From Octopus bimaculoides (taxonomy: Eukaryota), in NCBI RefSeq assembly GCF_001194135.2, contig NC_068981.1, positions 59,781,172 through 59,845,171 on the forward strand: a stretch of DNA of 64,000 nucleotides, in the 5' to 3' direction. The notes below the pieces were generated by a model. That model was not told where the DNA came from. It made no database searches and was given only the letters and a program-made list of their open reading frames with translations. Below are positions 51,921 through 64,000 of this stretch, piece by piece. Numbering within the stretch: the first letter of the stretch is position 1; each line of letters begins with the position of its first letter. The position numbers and the translations under genes are program-made.

Positions 51921-51945
51921 ACTCGGACCAGTATGTCACGCCCCT
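51882..51945 (-). promoter_or_regulatory. Candidate TATA/Inr promoter upstream of the ORF1-only element
   Basis: TATAAATA (plus-strand 51909-51916), Inr-like TTCAGAG ~28 nt downstream, GGGGCGTGAC upstream. Confidence 0.35.
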
Positions 51946-52087
51946 TTTGAGATTTCGACTACTGTGAGAGAGGGGAATTTCTTTTATCTTAATTTTCTTT
52001 TCTTTTCCAGCACATCTCCCTCTTTTTTTTTTTAGCTATTGTATCAAATTTAATATCTTTTTCGTTTAGGTATTATTTCCATATTTT

Positions 52088-52378
52088 CAGTCTGTTTTCG
52101 TATTTCCATCTTTATACTTGTGTTGCAAGACTGCGCCTATTCCGTACTCCGAAACATCAGGCGCTACAACAATGTCCATTCTAGGATCGAAATGCGTTAA
52201 TGACAAGTCACAAATTAGTATTTTCTTTATGTGTTCAAATGAGTTTTGACACTTTACTGACCAATTCCATTTTGCTTCTTTTTTTTTAGTAAATCGTATA
52301 ATGGTGCTCTCAATTTATGTATATTTGGAATGTACTGTTGGTAGTAATTTACTAGGTCAAGGAAAGATTGTAATGTCG
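52088..52378 (-). mobile_element. Ty3/Gypsy pol fragment (RT-RNase H connection and RNase H start); not in the ORF track
   Basis: TLQSFLDLVNYYQQYIPNIHKLRAPLYDLLKK / EAKWNWSVKCQNSFEHIKKILICDLSLTHFDPRMDIVVAPDVSEYGIGAVLQH, with one frameshift in an A-run. Confidence 0.87.
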
Positions 52379-52585
52379 GATCAACTGAGTGCCAACAACA
52401 ACACATATATATATATATAGATATACATATATGTGTGTGTTTGTGCGCATGTGTGTGGAAGTGCGTGCGCGCGCGCGCGTAAGTGTTGTGTCAGCGAGAA
52501 ACGGCGGCATGTGAATTTTTTATAAATAGAATTATAAACCTCCACCGTATATTGACTATACAAAATAGTCTAATGCTAGTGCATA

Positions 52586-52586
52586 A

Positions 52587-52625
<39 letters not shown>

Positions 52626-52759
52626 TATTCATGCACGCGCGCACATGCATACAGACACAAACACACTCACACACAGACACAGAGACAGACACACACACAT
52701 ACACACGCACATACACATGCAGACACACACACATACACACACACACACAGACACACACA

Positions 52760-52810
<51 letters not shown>
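52586..52810. repeat. Interrupted (CA)n microsatellite
   Basis: Direct reading. Confidence 0.95.
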
Positions 52811-52812
<2 letters not shown>

Positions 52813-53129
52813 TTCTACCGGCAATTGGATTTTGTTATTTTTCTTTAGATTAGATTGTTAGGTATTGCAGCTTTGCAAAATTGGTGATTGGATTATATAT
52901 CTAGTACCTCTATCAGCTCTGAAGTTTCTACTGCATTGATAACTAGGGTGATTCGGCAACTTACTGGTGATTACTACAATAATAGTTTCAATACCATTAT
53001 GGTCACTGCCTCGTAGTAAAATAGGGCGAACATGAGAACATTTATATTAGAAAGGTCTGTTGCAGTTGCTAGTTTTCGTGTGTACATTTTGATAGTGGCA
53101 ACATTTTAAGTTTTCTTCAGCAATTCAGA

Positions 53130-53420
53130 AAGCTGTCTGAAAAATGAATTTTTCAATGGAGCAGCAATTATTTTGATCTCTTCACTGATTGAAACAGTTT
53201 CGACCACAAGCAAATATTTTTCGACGTTTCTGTTTTCTTGTCTCTTTCAATATTTAGATATAATATCATAGCAAAGTGAAACTTTTAATTGTAAAGCTAA
53301 AGAGTTTTTTTCTTTTAATATTTTTTGAGATTTTGGACTTGTAAAGTCAGTTACAACGCTTTTCATGGCCTCATGCAAAAAGTCAATATCAGATGCTATC
53401 TCAAGGAAAACTCCCATTTT
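53130..53420 (-). mobile_element. Possible decayed hAT (ZMYM/Tip100-like) transposase remnant
   Basis: GVFLEIASDID...TSPKSQK followed by KYLLVVET.SIS resemble GNFLE...SPxIQNE and KYFS..DET.DIS. Weak. Confidence 0.25.
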
Positions 53421-54794
53421 TGATCAAAAATTAATTAATCAATTTACAAATTTATTGTATTAATGATGCGAAAAGAAACACATGTCAAAGAGATTCGCAC
53501 TACAGTTAGTTGAGATTATGGCTATATTTGAAAGGTGAAAATTTATTCGTTGTCAGATTTGTAGATGCTTGCACAGTTATTTCATAGTTCTCTAGTTAGC
53601 GCAAACTGTAATCTACCACTATAGTTATGGAAATTTTTAGCGACACCTTAGCTTACGTAAGTTACAGAAAGTTCATTAGGAGATAGCCGTTTAATATGCA
53701 CCCACGGAACTTAAACATAGTAAAGATGTCGCTACCAGTTAAGCGCTTACGATAAGATCATTAGTCTTTTTTTCAGCATAAGGTACTAATATCACCAACT
53801 ATTGATGACAGTTTTTGTCATAATTCATAATGTAAACACTGTTCATTTTAGGAAGTTAGTGCATCTACAAACCTATCATGTCATAACTTTTGTTTCATAA
53901 TAAAGTGCATTATTTGTTTCACAGTGAAATACTGTCTCGTGCTTACGAACTGAAAACTGAATTGGGACTGTTTTTTCAATGCTCATTTTCAGTAAACATT
54001 TAACTGGTTACAATTGATATGCTTTATTCGAATACTTCATTTATATATAATTTCATTGGTTTATTTCATTCAGAAATAAGGTCGCCAGAAAAATAAATCC
54101 AGAAAATAATTTTCATTTTCGACGAGCAAAGTGTGTCCCTTTCTCAGACAGCTGGCCTCGCGGAAAAAATGTTATACACAGAAGAGGATTAAGTATGTTT
54201 CGTCATCTTTTTGTTATTATGTTTCGGTATTTTATTTATTTATTGGTAGTGGTGGTGGTGGTGGTGATAGTGGTGGTTGGTGGTTGAGGGCGTCATGTAT
54301 CGTAATTTTTGCAGCGCGTTGATGTCAGTGTAACGCAAGTCTTTCTGATTAAGTGCGAATTCTCCCATTGGATGAACTCATAGCCTTACTTCATTCTGAT
54401 TTTCTCATAGTTTTTCTTGGTAAAAAATATTGAGCTGGCGTGCCTTCCCCACCTGGATGGCTGTTAGCTCACCAGGAGCTCATCTGTCATTTGACAGGTA
54501 TAGTTTTTAGACTTGCTAGGTATCCAGACGCCCTCCTCATAAGAGTAGCAACACACTCCAAAGGGGGAGCCAGTTTAGTCGCCGGCTACTCGACTTTGAA
54601 AGACGTAGGCTTGTTTTATTTGGTACCCATAGCAGGTCTCAATAGTCTGTGATGATATTGCAGACCCGACTTCACTATAGTACAGAGTAGTTGTATTGCA
54701 GTCTCTAATGACTGAGCATGTAATCATTTGTTCACTTGTTCACTACTTATCCTTTCTGGGCCATCAGTAATTATCTAAGTGACGTTGCGGCATT

Positions 54795-54990
54795 ATTTCT
54801 CGATTCTCACAGTAAACTAATCTCATTGCCGCAGAAGTAAGTAAATTGATTGACATATCCGGCGACATGACAGTGAGATCAACATTTACAGAAATATCGA
54901 TTGACATTTTCAAGATATCGAAGAAAATGAATATTCAGAAATAGCAGATAAATACCAAGCTTTAAAAGAGTTAATAGCTTTTCCTATCAC
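54795..54990 (+). mobile_element. Possible R4-type restriction-like endonuclease fragment
   Basis: LIDIS...DSEIN...DKYQAL pattern. Nucleotide similarity to the IDITYPGDSEIK region of 27712-29145. Confidence 0.3.
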
Positions 54991-55094
54991 AAACTTTTGA
55001 AAGCTGGGATCCATATTGTTAACAAGAAGAAGCAGCGCTATTGTCGATTTAATGTTGCACATAGCACATCTCTTTCTCAAATATTGCACTACAA

Positions 55095-55375
55095 CTTGTG
55101 AGTATATTTGGTAGACGGAAACTGAAAGAAGACCGTCGTATATGTATATCTATGTATATGTACGTGTTTGTTTGTCTGCATTTGTCTCCCCATCATAGCT
55201 TGACAACCAACGTTGGTGTATTTACGTCCCCGTAACTTAGCGGTTCTGCAAAAGAGACCGGCAGAATAACCACTAGGATTACAAAGAATAAGTCCTGGAG
55301 TCGATTTGTTCGACTAAAGGCGGTGCTGCAACATAGGCGCAGTCAAATGACTGAAACAGATGAAAGACTGAAAAT
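55095..55375 (+). mobile_element. 5'-truncated SINE family A
   Basis: GGTAGACGGAAACTGAAAGAAG...internal TA/TG tract...CCCCGTAACTTAGCGGTTC...AAAGGCGGTGCTGCAACAT...CAGTCAAATGACTGAAAC. Homologous to 58590-58985. Confidence 0.88.
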
Positions 55376-55389
55376 AAGAATACATACGT

Positions 55390-55422
<33 letters not shown>

Positions 55423-56444
55423 NNNNNNNNNNNNNNNNNNNNNNNNNNNNNNNNNNNNNNNNNNNNNNNNNNNNNNNNNNNNNTATATATATATATATTC
55501 AGAAGATGCACACCATTGAAATATTAAAAGTTTGCCACTCTCTCATCGCTAACGAGCAGCCCCATATTTTAACAAATGATCTACCGGAAATAGATAGTTC
55601 AAGCACAAAGAGAAGTATGCTACAAATTTAATGAGACACCTGTCTTCTATGCAGTTTACAAATTTCATTAAGTTGTAGTGCAAATATTTTCGAAAGAGAT
55701 GTGTTATGTGAAACATTACAGCGGCAATAGCGCTGCTTCTTCTTGTTAATGATGTGGATTCCAGCTTAGTATAGTACTTTAGTTGAGGCACCAGAATTTA
55801 GTGCGGTCTTCTCCATACAATTTCAAAGTAAGGTGATTAAAATCAAAATAAGCAACAAGAATATCCACAAGCATTGCAGTACGATCGTTTCATGCAGCTC
55901 CATTTAATTGAACAACGCAATCATTACATCAATTTAAAATGCAGAGCAATCCTCAGCTGCACAAGGACATAGAATTTAGTTAAATTAGAACAAATGGACA
56001 CATTTACTATAATTATACCTAAAATCTCCAAGAAGTTAAGGAGATAGACAAAGAACATGTTGTCTTCACTTCGGCATAGAATTATCAAGAAGACTCTCAC
56101 TGTCACTGATTTTATTTTTTTTATGGGGTAAGTTTTAATTTATAGACTAGTTTATCAGATCTTTGTATATCTAAGGCTGAGGAGAATAAAGGGCAATATC
56201 TGTTAGGAATAGGGCTGAAGGAGCAGACAGAAATCATAGTTGCTTTGTGTGTGTGTGTATAAACTAGGCTATTCTTCAGGCTCCGTAATCACCATTTTTC
56301 TAGAGTCAACTGGATTTTGTTCCTTTTTGTTAGCTGTTACAGCGTTGCAAAATTGCTGTCTTGCTTATTATATATCGAACACTTTTATCAGCTCTTAAAT
56401 TCTACCACATGCACACGCGCGCTCGCACACACCACGATACGCTG

Positions 56445-56451
56445 TCACACA

Positions 56452-56549
<98 letters not shown>
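56445..56549. repeat. (CA)n microsatellite
   Basis: Direct reading. Confidence 0.97.
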
Positions 56550-56550
<1 letters not shown>

Positions 56551-56786
56551 TTGTTTGTGAATGTATACCAGCGATTATGTACTCGTTCAGAAAAGTGAAA
56601 ACTTCATTTCTATGAACTGTCTGCCGTCGAAATATGTGAAATCAGTCATAAGCTCATTGGCGTCTAATAAATAACAATGCTACTGTACACATAATGCATG
56701 ATAATCAAGCTAGCAACAATAATAAATATGCATAACGTGATTATTATTTATATTCGTATTATTATCATTATTAAAATGTTGAGTTT

Positions 56787-57240
56787 GCAGAATCGTTAGC
56801 GCGTGGGACAAATAACATAGTTGTATTTCTTCTGGTCTTTTACTTTCTATGTGCAGATATTGCTGAGTTCAACATTGTCCTCCATCTTTTCAGGGTCAAT
56901 AAAATAAATACCAGTTGAGGACTGTGGTCAATATCATCGACTAAACCCCTCTCTCGAAATTTCAGGCATTGCACTAAAATGTAAAGCAATCGATGTAAGA
57001 TGACGTGGTGGCAGAATGGTCTGCGCATCGGATGCTACTACTTTGAGGCATTTCTCTGACCATTTCTTTACATTGTGGTTTCAAGTTCCATTGAGGTTAA
57101 CCATGCTTTTTATCCTTATTTGGAGGCTACAATAAATGCCAGTTGAACACTGGAGTTGATATAATCGACTAGCTCCTCAACCTCCAAAAAAGCATCAAAT
57201 TTTTAGGGTCATGTAACCTATAGTAGGAAGAATTATATCC
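56787..57240 (+). mobile_element. Two tandem, old copies of SINE family B (~56787-57000 and ~57005-57240)
   Basis: Each has GCAGAAT.G.TAGC/TGCGC head, a degenerate B box, a degenerate CATCCTTT..GGGTC.ATAAA.TAA.TACCAGTTGA core, and ACTG.GGT..ATAT.ATCGACT. Confidence 0.65.
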
Positions 57241-58145
57241 TTAATTTTACCAGTGATGATAAATTTTTAAGTATGTGAGAAATATTTCAGCTGTAACCTT
57301 GGAAATTTATAACTATGTACTATTAACCATTGTTTTCAAAGAAATTATAACAGCTGTTACAGTCATCTTTCAATTTATACTTTTGATGTTATATTTTGCT
57401 TTGTTTTTGTCATTTTTCGTAGAAATATGTACCAAATCTTATAAAATATCTCTTAGTTTATTGAAAAATAAACAACAATAACAAATAACAATAACAAAAC
57501 ATCCTCTGGTAAACGAAAACAAAAACTGAGGAAAAACGATTTAAGAAAAGAAAAGAAGGAACAACCAATAATAGAAGATAAAAATATATAAAAAGAGAGG
57601 TTATCTTCATTGAAATTGAAAGTATTATTTCTGAAACCACCACTTCAAACATTTCTAAGAAAATAAAATATCAAATACAATTACAAGAAGATCTCAACAT
57701 CGATAGCAAAGTGGTATTGTTATTTCTTCTCTAGATTCCTATAATATTCAAGATCGGGGAAAAGGAGATAAAAGGAGTTATATGAAATGTTAGGCTTACA
57801 ATAACCACAATTATAACGACAGTGGAAACAGATTATTTCTATACTTTCGAGGAATATTTCGGTAAATAAAAAAAAAGCTCACATAGTATTAGGATATAAT
57901 AACTTATTTTCCCCGACGATTTCAACGTGCGTGAAATCGACCGCAAGTTCGAAATCAATGAGACAATTGATTTACGGTATTCAGAGAAGAAATAAATAAA
58001 GTTTTGGTCCAGCGATTGGTGTAAAGGTAAGGACACAAATCGATAACTTCAAACTATGCAGTTCTTAATCAACTATCGTAATTCTGTTCAAGAAAATCAT
58101 TCACACTTCAGTTTAAGTAGGAAAAAAAGGTTTCTCCTTTGTAAA

Positions 58146-58184
<39 letters not shown>

Positions 58185-58292
58185 TGTCCAAGAAGGGCCG
58201 CTTACTCTCAACACGTTCACAATAATTAATGCATATGAATTTACTCTATAGACCAAATCTCACTCTTTATTCATGTATGCATATATATATAC

Positions 58293-58362
<70 letters not shown>

Positions 58363-58513
58363 ATATGTCTCTCTCTATATATATATGCCTGTCTGTCTAT
58401 CTATATGTGTGTGCGCGTGTGTATGTGTATATTAATATATGATATGTACATATGCATACATACATACATACATACATATAAATATATATATATAAACTTA
58501 GAAATAGATACTT

Positions 58514-58990
58514 GGCGTTCAATCGTGTGGTAAGTAGCTTGCTTACGATCCACATGGTTCCGGGTTCAGTCCCACTGCGTGGCACCTTGGGCCGACCAAA
58601 GCCTTGTGAGTTGATTTGATAGACGGAATCTAAAAGAAGCCCGTCGTATATATGTATATATATATNNNNNNNNNNNNNNNNNNNNNNNNNNNNNNNNNNN
58701 NNNNNNNNNNNNNNNNNNNNNNNNNNNNNNNNNNNNNNNNNNNNNNNNNNNNNNNNNNNNNNNNNNNNNNNNNNNTGCATGTATCTGTGTTTGTCCCCCA
58801 CAACATCGCTTGACAACCGATGCTGATGTGTTTACGTCCCCGTAACTTAGCGGTTCGGCAAAAGAGCCCGATAGAATAAGTGCTAGGCTTACAAAGAATG
58901 AGTCCTGGGGTCGATTATCTCGATTAAAAGGAGGTGCTGCAGCATGGCCACAGTGAAATGACTGAAACAAGTAAAAGAGTAAAAGAGAGA
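58514..58990 (+). mobile_element. Near full-length tRNA-derived SINE family A (CORE-like by recall) with internal microsatellite/gap
   Basis: Head GGCG...TGTGGTAAGTAGCTT (A box), GGGTTCAGTCCC (B box), GGCACCTTGGGC, internal (TA)n+N, conserved body and tail GGTGCTGCAGCATGGCCACAGT.AAATGACTGAAAC, then (GTAAAAGA)n-like end. Confidence 0.9.
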
Positions 58991-61002
58991 AAGAGTATAT
59001 ATACACACACACATGCATATATTGATACCGGACGTCACCAACAGTAAACAACATGAAATACGAAAACAAATGAGCTCAATACGCACACAACGAGAGAAAC
59101 AAATGGAAAGCAGGACAATTAACATAAAGAACGACACTTCATCAGTTGTCGGCTATCTATCTACTCCTCATTTCGAGCATTAAACGACAATACGAGTCTT
59201 CGAAGACAGTTGCTCCCATAAGTGCCAAAATAAAAAGTTGGGAACAAAAACCGGACAGTGGCGACAAAGAAGGAAACCGAACGAAGACAAACGTGGGTGG
59301 GGTCGTTAGACCAGAGCGAGGGTAAAATAGCGAACGCTGGAGAAATGTATTCTTTGATAAGAGAAACGATAGAAGAAATAGATAGGATACATGCAGTCCG
59401 TAAGACAGTCCTGAAAAAAAAGAAAGATTATCACGTGAGGAAAAGAAAGATGGACGATGGTCACATGTGAGCAACGAGACAGAGAAACGAGAAAAGACGG
59501 AAGAGAGAGAGACAGATAGAAAACTGTGAAGGGGAGAAAAAAGAGAATTAGAGAAAGGATGAGAATTAGAGAAACGATAGGAGAAAAAGCAGTATAGAGT
59601 AGATTCGACTCTATATCTATGTTTGGGAAAAGGAAAATGGCGCTTGCAGACCAGTTACCCTATTTAGCTCGAAAGGGCCGTAACAGTGTACATTAAGTGA
59701 GCTATTGCATCTTTTCTTGTGTTGATTTTGGATAATGTTTAAGAATGTATTAGCATATAGCCTTGTGCGTTGTTGGAGGTTTTATAGTATTAATTTTCTT
59801 CATATTATTTCTTTTTATTCCGAAAACACGAATCTCCAGCCTATCGTCATGCAATATTAATGTTAGCGTAATTTTTTTCCATCGAGGTTCCACCAGTCCG
59901 GACATATCAAAGTTGATATCAGAACTTGAAGTGTCATATTTTGGAGCTGTTATTAAGATATGAATAATGGTGAAGTTTATTTTAGTTCCATAATACTTTA
60001 TATTAGTCTGTTTGCTAGGTTTTCTAGAATGCTTACCTGTTTTTGTATATGTTATTATTCACTCTAGTTCATATTTTGCACTTTATGAGTGATAAACTTT
60101 CATTTTTGTCTATTTGGGATTGTTATTACCGTTTAAGTTTCACAAAACGATCGTTAAACCCGAAGGTTTTAAATGAAAGACAATAGCGATGACCAAAATC
60201 TCAAAATACACAGGTATTGAACTAAATACTGTAATACTCAGTAAACCATTCTATTTATTGCCCCATATACTCTACATTATTCTTGCATTTACTATATACA
60301 ATCAATAATAATTGTCATATCAGTAAAATGTCATTATTAAAGATAAGAATAAGACAAAATTAATGAAAATTCATAAAGGCGAAAATTGGATTATGCCATA
60401 GGGAAAGTTACTGATTAGGTAATAGACAATATTATTATATCAATGAATTCATTCTACTTCATTACAACTTAGATGTAAATTTAGAAAGTTTGAAATGATT
60501 ATATTATATTAAGACGAATTTAAAATGAAGCGTAAATAAAATATAACTGAAAATATAATTACTGGAAGAATGAGATCAGCAATTCTAAATAACTGGTAAA
60601 TGTAATAAATTTAAAAAAATACAAAATAAGACCATAAAATAATAAATTAAAACAGGAAAGAAATAACAAACTTAGAATTCAAATTTTGGTAAAGATTCGG
60701 ATATTGTTATATTACCTTCTTAATTTTATCAGCCGCGGCAATTATTGTAGAAAAAGCGCTGTCTGAAAGTAATTACAATACGTGACTGCTTATATCTGTA
60801 CGTACACACACACACACACACACACACANNNNNNNNNNNNNNNNNNNNNNNNNNNNNNNNNNNNNNNNNNNNNNNNNNNNNNNNNNNNNNNNNNNNNNNN
60901 NNNNNNNNNNNNNNNNNNNNNNNNNNNNNNNNNNNNNNNNNNNNNNNNNNNNNNNNNNNNNNNNNNNNNNNNNNNNNNNNNNNNNNNNNNNNNNNNNNNN
61001 NN

Positions 61003-61051
<49 letters not shown>

Positions 61052-61495
61052 TATATATATATATATATATACATACATAAAAAAGTGTTCGCTTCATCCA
61101 TCCGAACGGGGAACACCTAAAGAGAAGCTGCGTAGGCTTGTAGCAACACGATTTATTGTGTAATAATACAATTTATAGCATGTTTATAACAGTACACTTT
61201 GTAGTAATAAACCATGATGTCCGCTCCAATGTGGTTATTTGTTGTAGTTTAATTAATAATGTTAGTGCTTAATCCTTCCTACAATTAATATTGAATGAAT
61301 GTGGTGATATCTAAGGTATGTTTGGTCCCAAACAACACTTATTTTAGTGCTGTTGACACCGCCGGATTGAATGATGCTGCCCAGGTGTCGAAATCATAGT
61401 GATATCCGTAGGGTATCTGATGAAGGAGGTGTGTTCGATTGTTGGTATGACTGTTATTGTATGTGTGGAATTGTTTTATAAGACATCTATTTGAT

Positions 61496-61648
61496 ATGTG
61501 TGTGTGTGTGTGTGTGTATTTGTGTGTGTGTATGTGTGTATTTGTGTGTGTGTGTGTATTTGTGTTTGTGTGTGCGTGTATTTGTATGTGTGTGTGTGTA
61601 TTTGTGTGTGTGTGTGTGTGTGTATTTGTGTGTGTGTGTGTGTGTGTA
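61496..61648. repeat. (TG)n with recurring TATT interruptions (higher-order minisatellite-like)
   Basis: Direct reading: units such as GTGTGTGTATTT recur. Confidence 0.93.
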
Positions 61649-62581
61649 TACACTGTTCATGTTATAAGAATTTTATAAACATTCGAGAGTAAGTGAAATA
61701 ATTTTTGGAATATTAGATCTCGATGCACATCACATAAATCTATACATAACAGTATGTAAGCATTAGAGGGAGAAACTCAGAGAATTCCTTTAGGGTTCGA
61801 ATCCCTATCTCCTGAAGATATAGCAGGAGTTCTACCAGTAGGTCTCAATAATCCATCGAATTTTCCGTTCATTTTAGAAACTTCATTCTTACCGGCGGGA
61901 ATCCTTTATTTTTGACATCATAGGAATTTTATAAACTTCTCANNNNNNNNNNNNNNNNNNNNNNNNNNNNNNNNNNNNNNNNNNNNNNNNNNNNNNNNNN
62001 NNNNNNNNNNNNNNNNNNNNNNNNNNNNNNNNNNNNNNNNNNNNNNNNNNNNNNNNNNNNNNNNNNNNNNNNNNNNNNNNNNNNNNNNNNNNNNNNNNNN
62101 NNNNNNNNNNNNNNNNNNNNNNNNNNNNNNNNNNNNNNNNNNNNNNNNNNNNNNNNNNNNNNNNNNNNNNNNNNNNNNNNNNNNNNNNNNNNNNNNNNNN
62201 NNNNNNNNNNNNNNNNNNNNNNNNNNNNNNNNNNNNNNNNNNNNNNNNNNNNNNNNNNNNNNNNNNNNNNNNNNNNNNNNNNNNNNNNNNNNNNNNNNNN
62301 NNNNNNNNNNNNNNNNNNNNNNNNNNNNNNNNNNNNNNNNNNNNNNNNNNNNNNNNNNNNNNNNNNNNNNNNNNNNNNNNNNNNNNNNNNNNNNNNNNNN
62401 NNNNNNNNNNNNNNNNNNNNNNNNNNNNNNNNNNNNNNNNNNNNNNNNNNNNNNNNNNNNNNNNNNNNNNNNNNNNNNNNNNNNNNNNNNNNNNNNNNNN
62501 NNNNNNNNNNNNNNNNNNNNNNNNNNNNNNNNNNNNNNNNNNNNNNNNNNNNNNNNNNNNNNNNNNNNNNNNNNNNNNNNN

Positions 62582-62615
<34 letters not shown>

Positions 62616-62979
62616 CACATATATCTTAACACACACTGGCATATATATATATATACATATGTGGATGTATGTGAGCATGTGTATGTTTATATAAGAAAAT
62701 GTGTCCAACATAGACATTTTGACAGAAATACAAATATATAAAAGAGCAGAAAGATAGATATACCGCCCAGTGCAACATGGTGAGTTAGCGGACGAGTGTA
62801 AGCGCCCTAGTTGATCTGATGACACTGATGTCCACGAGGAAAATGAAAGAGAATGTGAAGAAATTATATATGACCGTAAAGTACTAATAGTAGCAGTGTT
62901 GAATATGGCGGTGACCAACCCCGACGTGTTGTCATATTTAGAGGCTTCAGTGAAGATGTGGGACTTTGGTGATTTTGAA

Positions 62980-63470
62980 ATTGTAATGACGATGATAAAA
63001 CTAATCTAGCAACAGTGGTGGTGGTAGATGGAAAAGATAGATGTAGTGGTGTGATGCTGATATGATGAAAAAGAAATGTCGAAGAAGATGGCGGTAATTG
63101 TGAGAATGGTGGATGTTTAAGTGATGATTGATGACTGTACGAAAGTAGCTGCTGATAATGGTGAGGTTATGCTACTGGTGGTTGTGCTAACAGTGATAGC
63201 GGTCATGGGGAACTTGACTGTTGATGCAGTAGAGATGGTTGTGAATGTGGTCGAGGTAGTAATGAAGATGCTGATAGTGCGGTGATGATGATGTTAACGA
63301 TGATTAATGATGATAATAATGTCATGGGGATGATAATGCTGGCGATCGAACTATTACACATAACGTTGATGTTTTGATGATAATTGTTATGATTGTCTTG
63401 ATTTTGTTAGTGATGGTAGATGAGAATTAGTCGGTTAGTCTACTTAATGATGGTGGTGACGGCGGTAGCG
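62980..63470. repeat. Degenerate (GAT/GGT)n low-complexity tract
   Basis: Scrambled GAT, GGT and AAT triplets; no sustained ORF. Confidence 0.75.
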
Positions 63471-64000
63471 CTGAAGAAAGGAAAACACTAAAAATTCGCC
63501 AAAGTGACATGATGAGGTTAGTGGGTGAAACAGGTAAGATAATGTGCTGGTGGACATTCATGCAAATCACAGGAGACCTACATACCTACATCCAAGCAAA
63601 TATACAGACATGCATACAAGCCTACTAACATATATACATACATATGTACGTAGATGCAAACTAAGGAATACATAGATATATACTCGGCAGCACTGGACAT
63701 TACTATTAATATATATACTTACAACTAAGCATACACAAATTTAGCAACAGACATGTAAACATACACTGACATAGGTTCGCAAAAGAAGGTGCAGTACATG
63801 TACCCATGGTTGTTCCCGATCTCTGTCTGTAGTAGTCATTATTAAATATAAATTAATTATTTTCTAAGATAAATCTCAGTCCTTCTATTACAAGTTCTTT
63901 ATTTATGCGAGTTGGAAGTTCAAAGGAGTAGTTGCTTAGCCAGAAAGTTATTCGTTTCTATTCCTAAGGTGTAGGGGATGTTTGAAGAAAGGTTGACTAA

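Noticed and set aside
57680-58020. PDDFN motif suggesting another APE remnant
   Set aside because: Only one degenerate motif; flanking motifs are not recoverable by eye.
59020-59480. ORFs 59157..59474 and 59258..59470
   Set aside because: No recognisable domain. The segment looks like an unclassified interspersed repeat.

Overview
AT-rich, repeat-dominated eukaryotic genomic DNA from a gapped draft assembly. N-runs: 10832-11100, 18682-18910, 20663-20672, 31309-31458, 36238-36247, 36609-37039, 40424-40514, 55423-55483, 58666-58775, 60829-61002, 61943-62581. The SINE families and microsatellite load look like a coleoid cephalopod, probably Octopus (inference from recalled repeat consensus, not a search). 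I cannot support any conventional host protein-coding gene, so the window reads as intergenic or as a very large intron. It is filled with decayed mobile elements. Non-LTR retroelements: Tx1/L1, CR1, RTE, R4/Dong and L2-like LINEs, plus three clear Penelope-like elements (PLEs). Others: a Ty3/Gypsy pol fragment, mariner and maT(DD37D) transposon fragments, a foldback element, two tRNA-derived SINE families and many simple repeats. Most ORF-track entries are microsatellite, N-gap or antisense shadow artefacts. The most interesting structures are: a nearly complete tRNA cloverleaf with Pol III signals just 3' of a PLE ORF; a degenerate hammerhead ribozyme plus splice signals at the end of another PLE; a PLE with an inverted duplication of its own 3' end; a 3' tail shared between a CR1 LINE and a SINE family; and an ORF1-only Tx1 relative behind a TATA promoter. 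All alignments and translations were done by eye, and boundaries of decayed elements are approximate.
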